DNA from: Octopus sinensis
Lineage: Eukaryota
Assembly (NCBI RefSeq): GCF_006345805.1
Contig: NW_021836260.1
Location: forward strand, 1-24,863
Direction of reading: 5' to 3'
Length of the DNA: 24,863 nt
Shown in pieces: positions 11,627-21,446 of the stretch. Made by a program: the position numbers and the translations under genes. Under the pieces are notes generated by a model. It made no database searches. It worked only from the letters and a program-made list of their open reading frames with translations, and was not told the origin of the DNA. The stretch's first letter is position 1. The number at the start of each line of letters is the position of its first letter.

Positions 11627-11781
11627 CCCCGAACTGCCACATGCAATGGTGTGTCTCCATCGTTGTTCACGACATTGGCATCAATGCCATTGTGACCCAA
11701 CAACAGCTCGACTGTGTGTGTGTAACCCTCACAACAGGCCCGGTGCAGCGGTGTTTGACCATCATTAGCCCGTGCATTAAC
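11627..11781 (-). CDS. Exon C of ankyrin gene (155 nt, phase 0-2)
   Basis: Acceptor ttttctttatcag and donor GTAAGT. Reads VNARANDGQTPLHRACCEGYTHTVELLLGHNGIDANVVNNDGDTPLHVAVR(G), with two TPLH motifs. This frame is absent from the ORF track because it has no ATG. Confidence 0.92.
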
Positions 11782-12140
11782 CTGATAAAGAAAATAATAA
11801 ACACATTAAAAATGGTGTCTGGAAGGGGTGTCGGTGGTGAAGAATTAAAAGAAAAACTCACAGAAAAAGAAAGAGAGAGGGATGAAATTAATTAAACAGG
11901 TGGAATGATTGGGGTGGGGAGTAGTTAATCAGATTTCTATTGTATATACACACACGCGTATACACACATACATATGTACATATAAATATATTTATACACA
12001 CACACACACAAACAAACACACGCATATAGGATGAATAACTCAATAAATAAACTCATAAAGGAGCAAAATGTGTGTGTATATATATGTGTGTGTGTATATA
12101 TATGTGTGTGTTCGCGTGTGTGTGTGTTCATAGTTATATT

Positions 12141-12395
12141 TATTCTTTTATTCTTTCATTTGTTTCAGTCATGTGACTGTGGCCATGCTGGTGCACTGTC
12201 GTTAGTCGAGCAAATCGAGCCCTGTAAGCCTAGTACTTATTTAATTAATTTCTTTTGCAGAAACGCTAGTTTACGGGGACGTAAACACACCAGTATCGGT
12301 TGTCAAGCGATATTGGGGACAAAACACAGACACTCAACACACCACGTACATACAGACACACAAAAACCACATACACACATAACACAACACATATG
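12141..12395 (-). mobile_element. 3' half of tRNA-derived SINE
   Basis: tgtttcagtcatgtgactgtggccatgctgg...gtaaacacaccagtatcggttgtcaagcga matches the 3' half of the other copies. Confidence 0.75.
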
Positions 12396-12422
12396 CATAT
12401 ATATATATATATATATATGTAT

Positions 12423-12519
<97 letters not shown>

Positions 12520-12561
12520 CTATATATATATATATACATATTATATATATATACATACGAC

Positions 12562-12592
<31 letters not shown>

Positions 12593-12593
12593 A
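12396..12593. repeat. Long (TA)n microsatellite
   Basis: Seen directly. Confidence 0.95.
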
Positions 12594-14305
12594 GGGGAAG
12601 CTTTATGAAAATAAACAAAAGACGAAGGCAGGTGGAGTACAAACAAACAATTGTATTAGTATGCGCTGAGGAATATAAATAAAACAAGTCTTTATGTTTC
12701 GAGCCTATGCTCTTCAACAGAAAAATACACAGAAAAGAACACGGAGAGAAACAAGGAGAGAAAAAAATGCGTGCAGAAGCTAGCGATTCAACATGGCGAT
12801 CTGATTCCGGCCAGAAGTCAGAGATCGGACGTGAGAACGAAAGTAGGGGAGATAACAGGGTTAAATGACTTCGCCCAAACATAAGGGTGCGTGTGTGTAT
12901 GAGAGAGTATGTGGTGCGTATGAAAGGTCTGGACGTGTGTATGTATGTATGATGTGATGTGTAATGTTGTATGGTGTAGTGTAGAGGTCGGAGGGGGGAG
13001 GGAGAGGGGGGGAGATGAGGGGGTGAGAGGGAAAGAGGGGTGAAGGAAAGAGGATAAGAGGAGGGAGGAGGGAGAAGAGGAAAGGTGAGAATGAGGAGGG
13101 GGAGAGGGGGAGAAGGAGAGCAGGAGGGCGTGAGAGTGATATGCGATGAGGTGAGATGAGGGGCGGTGGGAGGGGGGATGAGAGGGGGTAGGGTTAGAGG
13201 GGAAGAGAATGAAAGAGGAGAAGAGGAGGAGGGGGGAGGGGAGGGGAGAGAGAAGGAGAATGGGAGTGAGGGAGCAGAGAGAAAAAGAGAAAGAGAGAAG
13301 GGGAAGAGGGAAGAAGAAAGAGGAAAGAAGAGGAGGAAAGAAGGGAAGAGGATGGAAAGAGAGTAGGGGTGAAAAGATGAAGGACAGAAGAGAAGTAGGA
13401 GTCGGAGGGAGGTTAGATGAGGAGGGGCGAGAGTTGAGACCAAATGGCGTTAAAGAGCGAAGAGAGAAGATTAATTCCTGTTCACGGCGCAAACGGGAAT
13501 CCAGATGGCCTGTGTGCAAGGACAAACCGAACACAGAGAGGTATTGCAAGAAGTGACCGGTGGAGCGGAAATGGCGTGAGAGTGTCGTTGGCAAGGCGAA
13601 TGTCACGGAGGTGTTCCGCGAACCGTCAGCCAAGCGGCGTCCGTTTGTCCGGTGTACAGAGAGCAAAGAGAGCAAGAGATGCAATAGATGATATTACTGG
13701 AGATGCAGGTGAAGGAATTGATGATGCGATAGGGTCGATGATGTGTGCCAGTGAGGAGGGTGGTGTTGGAGAGGTAAGGGTAAGTGCGGCAGCGTGGGCG
13801 GGAGCAGGGGAACGAGCCAGGTTGGGAGGTAGAGTCAGGGAAGGAGCTGTGGACCAAATGGTCTCGTAGGTTATGGGCTCGTTTGAAGGAGGGGTGGGGT
13901 CGGTTAGGGAAGAGGTGTGAAGTGGACGGGTCGGACTGGAGATGCCGGAAAGCTCGAAGAATGGTGCGTTGGAGAGGTAGGGTCGTGGGGTGGTAAGTGA
14001 GGGGAAAAGGGAGGCGGGAGATTACAGGGCGGGTTCGGTGGGAGAGAGCAGGTGCACGGTCCACGGAAGGCGCTCTGGCAAGGGCGGTGTGGATAGTGGT
14101 GAGGGGGTATCCACGTAGGATGAAGTGGCGAGCCATGCGTTGAGACTGAGTCTCAAAGTCATGGTCGTCACTACAGAGCCTACGTAGACGGAGGAATTGG
14201 GAATAGGAGATGGAAAGCTTGGTGTGTTTGGGTGGGAGGGAAGGAAGAGAGTATAGGTATGAGTGTGAGTCGGTGTGTTGTAGTGAATGGAGGTGGTAAT
14301 ATATA
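12594..14305 (-). mobile_element. Penelope-like element 1: 5'-truncated (RT C-terminus, GIY-YIG endonuclease, pyrimidine-rich 3' region)
   Basis: Reads ..TDSHSYL..HTKLSISYSQFLRLRRLCSDDHDFETQSQRMARHFILRGYP.., then FPCSRPRCRTYP..FTCISSNIIYCISCSLCSLYTGQT(G)RRLAD.FAEHLRDIR..RHFRSTGH..RLRREQELIFSLRSLTPFGLN. Several small indels. Motifs are typical of a PLE RT thumb plus GIY-YIG. Confidence 0.9.
12688..12726 (-). ncRNA. Degenerate minimal type I hammerhead ribozyme motif (PLE-associated)
   Basis: Minus strand reads UUUU CUGUUGA A GAGC AUAG GCUC GAAA CAUA AAG: CUGANGA-like core with A6U, a perfect 4-bp stem II and GAAA. Stem I is weak. Confidence 0.5.
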
Positions 14306-14312
14306 TAATAAT

Positions 14313-14346
<34 letters not shown>

Positions 14347-14398
14347 CCACCTCCATTCACTACAAACACACAGACTCACACTCATACCTATATATATA

Positions 14399-14449
<51 letters not shown>

Positions 14450-15858
14450 GAAAAAACAAGTCAAAATAGAAAATGCTAAGATAATTTTATAGTGAATCTT
14501 TCAGTACCGGTTTCGGTCATTTTGAGACCTTTTCAACTGTAACGATTAAATAATTAATTTAGAAAAATTAGAAGAAAAGTTTTTTTTAAAAGAATATTTC
14601 TGTAGTAGTGTTCAGATATAAGTAGCATTCTGCCTTTCTCTGACTCCCTTGTTTGCACTTGTGTGTTCGAGGTCGTTTTGAGTTCTTGGTAGGATAGGTG
14701 AAGAATAAGGAGGCTGATGTGGAGAGGGGGTGGGGAAATCTGGGAATGCCTTAATGGTCGTATTTTGAATGGTCAGTGGCTGACAGTAGTCGCAGTTCAA
14801 TTCAGGAATTGTTTATGGAATTTGCGTAGGCGTTATACTGAAAGACATTAGTGACAAGGTTAAGGGGTGGAAGGTGGAGAAGTAGAAGAAGAAGATGACG
14901 ATGTTGATGATGATGATGATGAAGAAGAAGAAGAAGAAGAAGAAGAGAAGGAGAAGATGGTGGTGATGATGGTGGTGATGATGATGACGACGATGATGAT
15001 GATAATGATGATGATGATGGAAGAAGAGGAAGAAGAAGAAGAAAAAAACAGAGAAGGGAGAATATGAATGGGTGTAAGTATAGCTGTGATGGGGCTGATT
15101 AGTAATGGATTCTATGGAGTATAATATTTGTGTGTGTATATATTTCTTTTATTCTAAAGTTGAGGTAGGTATATTAATTGTTTGTCGTAGACCCGTTAAG
15201 AAGTGGCTTGTATTTTGTAAAAGAGTTTTCTTTACTTATTCGTTGTCTCGAGGTTTGTATCGTCCCTAAATTGGTAGAGGGGAGAAAATCCTGAAGTTTG
15301 TGTTTTTTTGTTGGCGCAAGTATCTATGTGTTGGCTAAAAGCTAATTTTTCTGTTTTGGGGAATTTTTATCTGGGATCTGTGGCAGGGCCATTCGTTTAC
15401 GCAAACCATTTTTTGTTTGGGCTATGTACTGCTCTTGACACCCGGAGCAGGTTAGTGAGTATATTAGGTTCTCCGAAGCACATGTGAAGTTGCTTTTCAC
15501 TGTAAACCGTTGTCCCTGTTTGAAGGAGAACTCTGATCCCTCAATTAGATAGTCTCGCATATCCCGCAATTGGGTCTTCCACATTTTTTTTACTGTCGGC
15601 TTCTGTGTTGAAGAGTGAATTCGGGCTTGTGTTAGGAGACTTTTCATGGATCTAGGCTGTCTTTTGCTTTTTATGATCGTGTGTGTTTGGAGGACTGTGT
15701 TCATTCTGTGGTCTTTTTTTGTGGAGGATGGTGTCGAAGGCTTCGTTATTGAGAGGGTTGTGTTGGAGATGTATGGTAAGGCTTTTGGTTGTAAGTTTTT
15801 CTTTGATTTGGGATGTCTCAGTTCCTTGATGTTAAGTTGAAGGCACGTTGAATGCACT
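14450..15858 (-). mobile_element. Penelope-like element 2 (different family): GIY-YIG end and 3' UTR
   Basis: Reads ..LNIKELRHPK..KALPYISN..IIKSKRQPRSMKSLLTQARI..FTVKSNFTCASENLIYSLTCSGCQEQYIAQTKNGLRKRM.., and in a shifted frame QRISKENSFTKYKPLLN (~15190-15245). A (GAA)/(GAT) tract at 14880-15045 lies in the 3' region. Confidence 0.85.
14498..14542 (-). ncRNA. Minimal type I hammerhead ribozyme motif with U3-A8 variant core
   Basis: Minus strand reads CAG UUGAAAA GGUC UCAAAAU GACC GAA ACCGGU A CUG: stem I CAG/CUG, stem II GGUC/GACC, palindromic stem III ACCGGU and a GUA cleavage triplet. Confidence 0.65.
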
Positions 15859-16002
15859 ATATATATATATAATCTATATATATATATATATATATACGGC
15901 GGGTTTCTTTCAATTTCCATCAACTTAATCGACACACATGATATATAAACATATATATGTGTGTGTGGTTGTATGTTCCTCATGAAGCTTTTTAAAATAA
16001 AT

Positions 16003-16426
16003 ATTTATTTTTCTTTTTCTTTTTTTTTCTTTTTACTTGTTTCAGTCATTTTGACTGCGGCCATGCTGGAGCACCGCCTTTGATCGAGCAACTCGACCCC
16101 GGGACTTATTCTTTGTAGGCCCAGTACTTATTCTATCGGTCTCTTTTGCCGAACCGCTAAGTGACGGGGACATAAACACACCAGCATCGGTTGTCAAGCA
16201 ATGCTAGGGGGACAAACACAGACACACAAACATATACACACACATATATATATATATATATACATATATACGACAGGCTTCTTTCAGTTTCCGCCTACCA
16301 AATCCACTCACAAGGCATTGGTCAGCCCGGGGCTATAGCAGAAGACACCTGCCCAAGATGCCACGCAGTGGGACTGAACCCGGAACCATGTGGTTGGTTA
16401 GCAAGCTACTTACCACACAGCCACTC
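16003..16426 (-). mobile_element. Full-length, well-preserved tRNA-derived SINE
   Basis: Complete head, body, internal (TA/CA)n, 3' domain and purine-rich tail. Best-preserved copy in the window. Confidence 0.9.
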
Positions 16427-16743
16427 TTAATGAAATTTTCTGAAAATCCATCACTTTCCATGTCTGAATCAACAATTATGCCTGGAGTTGGGATTGGTTT
16501 GAAACTCATCAAATGCTTCCATTTTCTCAACATAATAGTCATCGAAAATCAATGATTATCATTAAAAGGTAGGAAACACCAGAAAGTTATGGGGAAAAAT
16601 ACGGGGGCTCAGGAAGTATATATATATTATATATATAAGTGTGGTGTGTATACATATTTATATACGTGTGTATACATATTGATATATATATAGTGGTATG
16701 TTATATGTATATATATATATATCTATAATATAATATATATATA

Positions 16744-17160
16744 ATACTAGCAGCATAGCCCGGCGTTTCCCGGGTATGTAAGAGCCCCTAGTAGGCAACG
16801 ACTAATCCCAATCTAGTCCTTTCCCTCTAGGGAACGAAGGCGCATGTGTAGGTTGCAATGTCTTCTCTTCACTCGAATATTTCTGTGTATACGATGTTCC
16901 TAGCTGTCCCTAGCTGTCGAGTTGTGTCCCCTAGACAGAAAATGTGTTGCATATAAAAAGCTTAGATTCTCGACCCCATGTCGAATTTATCGATTTTTTT
17001 CAGAACTGAGAGACTTTTCAAAATTTTCGCTGCGTTAGTTTTGAATTATGACATTGGGCTATGTGTGTGTCAAGTTTCATCAGAATCGGTTGAAAGCCGT
17101 GGTCAGGGTGAGGGTACAACCTGACAGACACACAGACACACAGACAGACAAACTGCCGTT

Positions 17161-17165
<5 letters not shown>
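16744..17165 (+). mobile_element. Non-autonomous Helitron/Helentron-like element inserted in (TA)n
   Basis: Begins ACTAG followed by the hairpin CCCGG-cgtttc-CCGGG, contains caagtttcatcagaatcgg, has a (GACA)n-like microsatellite near the 3' end and ends tgccgtttatatata. This layout resembles DINE-1/HINE/Lep1-type elements. Confidence 0.55.
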
Positions 17166-17193
<28 letters not shown>

Positions 17194-17497
17194 ATATATA
17201 TATATATATATTAAATTACAGATAAAACCACTATTAGGCACAATCAAACAGTGAAAAACCAACCAATACATAAAATTAATTTTAAAATATAAAGTTAAAA
17301 ATAAAAAAATTATTAAAATAATTTAAACTTATAAATTTTAAATATATATCTACAAATATATATATATATATATATATGTATATTTGTTATATTTCTATAT
17401 TATTTTGTTTAATTATTTTATTTATATATTAATTAAAAAATATCAAAAGTTTTAAAAGTTTAATAAAAGATACTATTTATATATATGTATATATATA

Positions 17498-17552
<55 letters not shown>

Positions 17553-17856
17553 TGTATGTATCTATATATATGAATATGTATACACACGTATAAATGAGTA
17601 TGTATATACATAAAAACATATTATATATATATATATATACTTCCTGAGCCCCCTTATTTTTCCCCATAACTTTCTGGTGTCTCCTACTTTTTAATGATAT
17701 CATTCTTATCATTAAATGCTTCCATTGAAACTCCAGTGATAATTGTTGATTAAGACATTGAAGTTGATGGATTTTCAGAAAATTTCATCAAGACACAAAT
17801 TTATTTTAAAAAGCTTCATGAGGACAGACAACCATATATATATATATTATATATAT

Positions 17857-17922
<66 letters not shown>

Positions 17923-17954
17923 TATTATGTATCTATATATATGTATATTATATA

Positions 17955-18053
17955 GGCACAGCAATGCTGTGTGGTAAGTAGCTTGCTTACAAACCACATG
18001 GTTCTGGGTTCAGTCGCACTACGTGGTAATTTTGGGCAATTGTTTTCTACCAT
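17955..18053 (+). mobile_element. SINE 5' head fragment
   Basis: gctgtgtggtaagtagcttgcttacaaaccacatggttctgggttcagtcgcactacgtgg matches the heads at 3959 and 16426. Confidence 0.8.
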
Positions 18054-18383
18054 GTATATATATATATATATATTCCATCAAAAAATGTGGCAGTATATTA
18101 AAATACCATTACGGTTAAATTATAAACAACTTATAAATGAGGCTAAAGAAAAATATTTCAATGCCAATATGCTGATAAGAGACTTTTAAATCGTCAATTT
18201 CCACATATTATTTACTCGCTACAGAAAAAAAAACACGAAGAACTGAAATCGGCGAAAGCCGGATGATAGAATTTTCTTTAAAAAGTTCGTTATTTCTATA
18301 TTGAATCAATTTCGGAATTAATCTCATAATAGATTCTTTCCTCTTCAGTAGAACATGCGAAAGGATATAAATAAGATACTTAC

Positions 18384-18429
18384 CTCACTGCCCCGTGATA
18401 GTAAGATCTTCACAGCATGATGTCGATCA
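18384..18429 (-). CDS. Micro-exon B of ankyrin gene (46 nt, phase 2-0)
   Basis: Acceptor tctatcttttactctcag and donor GTAAGT. Reads (N)DRHHAVKILLSRGSE, joining exon A to exon C in frame as a canonical ANK repeat. Confidence 0.88.
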
Positions 18430-18504
18430 CTGAGAGTAAAAGATAGAAACATTGACTAATTTACATTAAATATGAAAATATTTTGGTTTTGAGACGAAAC
18501 AGTA

Positions 18505-18898
18505 TCGTCATCATCATCACCATCATCATCACCTGAACTATTATCATCAATATCATGCTCATCAACATCATCACCATCATCGTCATTGCCACCACCTCCA
18601 TCATTGACGTATTCATCTTCATCATCATCATCATCATCATCACCATCATCATCATCGCCATCATCACCATCATCATCGCCTTCATCAGCATCACCATCAT
18701 CATCATCACCTTCATCATCATCACCATCATCATCATCATAGCCTTTATCATCATCACCCTCATTGCCAACACCATCATCATCCTTATCTTTCATAGCCAC
18801 CATCATCTACAATATTTCCAACATCATCACAATGAATATTAACATCATTCATCACCGCTATAATCATAATCATTATCATCGTCATCATCAGTCATCGT

Positions 18899-18951
<53 letters not shown>

Positions 18952-20333
18952 ACGTAGTCATCATCATCACCGCCAGCGTCATCATCATCATCATCACCAT
19001 CATCATCGTCATCAACATCATAATCATCATCATCGTCATCACTATCATCATAATCATAACCATCATCATCATCGTCATCATCATCATAATCATCATCATA
19101 ATCATCATAATAATCATCACCATCATCATCGCCTCCATCATCATCAGCATCACCATCATCAACAGCAAGATCGAACTCATCAATATCATCATCATTATTA
19201 TCACCGTCATAATCATCGTCATCGTCATCATAATCATCATCATCGTACTCATCATCATAATATCATCATCATCCTCATAATCATCATAATCACCATCATA
19301 ATCATCATCATCATCATCATCATCATTATCATCATCATCATCACCATCATCTTCGTGGTCAACATCGTCATCATAATAATCTGCATCATCAACGTCATCA
19401 TCGTCATCATCATCATCATACTCATCATAATCATCATCATTATAATCGTCATCATCATTATAATCATCTTCGTCATCAACATAAACATCATCATTATAAT
19501 CATCATAATCATAATCATCATTATCATCATATTCATCATCATCATCATAATCATCACCATCGTCATCATCACCCTCATTGCCATCACCATCATCATAATT
19601 CATCGCCACTATAATCATAATCATCATCGACTTCATCATCATCATCATAATCATGATCATCCACATCATCATCGTCAACGTCATTGTCATCATCATCATA
19701 ATCATCATCATAATCATCATCATCATCATCATCATCATAATCATCATCATAATCATCATCATGATCATCATCATAATCATCATCATCGTCATCATCATAA
19801 TAATCTGCATCATCCACGTCATCATCATCATCATCATCATCATAATCGTCATCTTCATTATCATCATCTTTATCATCAACATTATCATCATCATCATCAT
19901 CACCTCCATCATCATCATCATCATAATCATCATCATCATCATAATCATCATCATCTTCATCACCATCGTCATCATCGCCCTCATAGCCATCACCATCATC
20001 ATAATTCATCGCCACCAAAATATAATAATCATCGACTTCATCATCATCATCATCATCATCATCACCATTATTATCATCAAAATCACCATCATCATCATAG
20101 TCATCGTCATCATCATCATCATCATCATCATAATAATAATAATCGTCATAATCAACATCATAGACATCATCATTTTTATTATCATCTGCTCCATCATCAT
20201 CATCATCTTCATCATCATCACAATCAACATTATCATAATCATCAACATCATCATAATCATCATCGCCTCCATCATCATCATCATTATCATCATCAATATC
20301 ATCATCATCATAATCATCAACATAATTATCATC

Positions 20334-20365
<32 letters not shown>

Positions 20366-21042
20366 CATAATCATCCTCATCGCCTCCATCATCATCATCA
20401 TCATAATCATCATCATCGCCTGCATCATCATCATCATAATCTTCATCAATAACGTCATCATAATTATCATCATCATCATCATCATCATCACCATCATAAT
20501 CATCATCATCACCTCCATCATCATCATCATCATAATCATCATCATCGCGTCCATCATCATCATCATCGCCTCCATCATCAACATCATAATCATCATCAAT
20601 ATCATCATCATCATAATCATCATCAGAATTATCATCATCAGAATTATCATCATCAGAATTATCATCATCATAATCCTTCCCCTCCTTCCCCTCCACATTA
20701 TCATCATCATAATCATCGTAATCATCATCATAACCATCATCTTCATCAGAATCATCAACATCATCATCATTATCATCACCATCATCATCATAATCATAAT
20801 CATAATTATCATCATCATCGTTATCCTCATCATAATTATCATCATCGTCATCATCATCACCATCACAATCATTGTCACCATCATCATCGTCATCAATGTA
20901 GTCATCATCATTATAATCATAATCAACATCATCATCATAATCATCATCATCTACATCTTCATCATCACAATCATAATCATGAACATAATCATCATCATCA
21001 TCATTATCATCATCATCATCCTTATCGTCATCATCATCATCG
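18505..21042. repeat. ~2.5-kb degenerate (ATC)n trinucleotide array with higher-order duplications
   Basis: Seen directly. Source of the poly-D/M/I/H ORFs. Lies in the intron between exons A and B. Confidence 0.95.
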
Positions 21043-21249
21043 GGATTGTTATGATTGAATAATGACTAATGAATTGGATCGATGACTAAAGAGAAGCTTG
21101 TTGTTGTTGTTGTTGTTTGCTAGTCTGCTGTTGTGCTGCTGTCCCACTGCCACTACTATAGCATTTTTGGATATTGAACCTGTGTCTGCAATTGCAACAA
21201 ATTTACAAACAAAATCACATCTGGAAATTTTACTTGATTCTCAACTTAC

Positions 21250-21404
21250 TTCCTCACAGCATAATCTAAAGCTGTCCAACCTGTTCCGTCTTTTGCTCCC
21301 ACCTCTACGTCGGCATCTATCAGTATTTCGAGTATTCTTCTATCGGCGCCCACTCGACAGGCAAATATTAAAAGAGTTCGTCCCCCTTCATCTCGTTGGT
21401 GAAT
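21250..21404 (-). CDS. Exon A of ankyrin gene (155 nt, phase 0-2)
   Basis: Acceptor ctttcttcattacag and donor GTAAGT. Reads IHQRDEGGRTLLIFACRVGADRRILEILIDADVEVGAKDGTGWTALDYAVR(N). Confidence 0.88.
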
Positions 21405-21446
21405 CTGTAATGAAGAAAGTGAGGACATGTGAAATAGAGAAATTCC

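Larger units (their letters stand above)
15967..17833. repeat. Long imperfect inverted repeat (left arm split by a SINE)
   Basis: 16426-16616 is the reverse complement of 17640-17795, and 15967-16002 of 17798-17833. Confidence 0.85.

Noticed and set aside
12031-13443. ORFs 12031-12669 and 12541-13443
   Set aside because: They come from (TA)n and the pyrimidine-rich Penelope 3' region. Only the GIY-YIG part of 12818-13684 is meaningful.
18456-21062. Long poly-Asp/Met/Ile/His ORFs (up to 469 aa) as acidic or His-rich proteins
   Set aside because: They are automatic translations of an (ATC)n array in all frames, lie within an intron and have no splice or domain support.
21043-21100. RTE-type 3' end seeding the (GAT)n array
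   Set aside because: The sequence upstream of the array on the minus strand lacks the catggaaaa..taaa end seen at 5140-5160.
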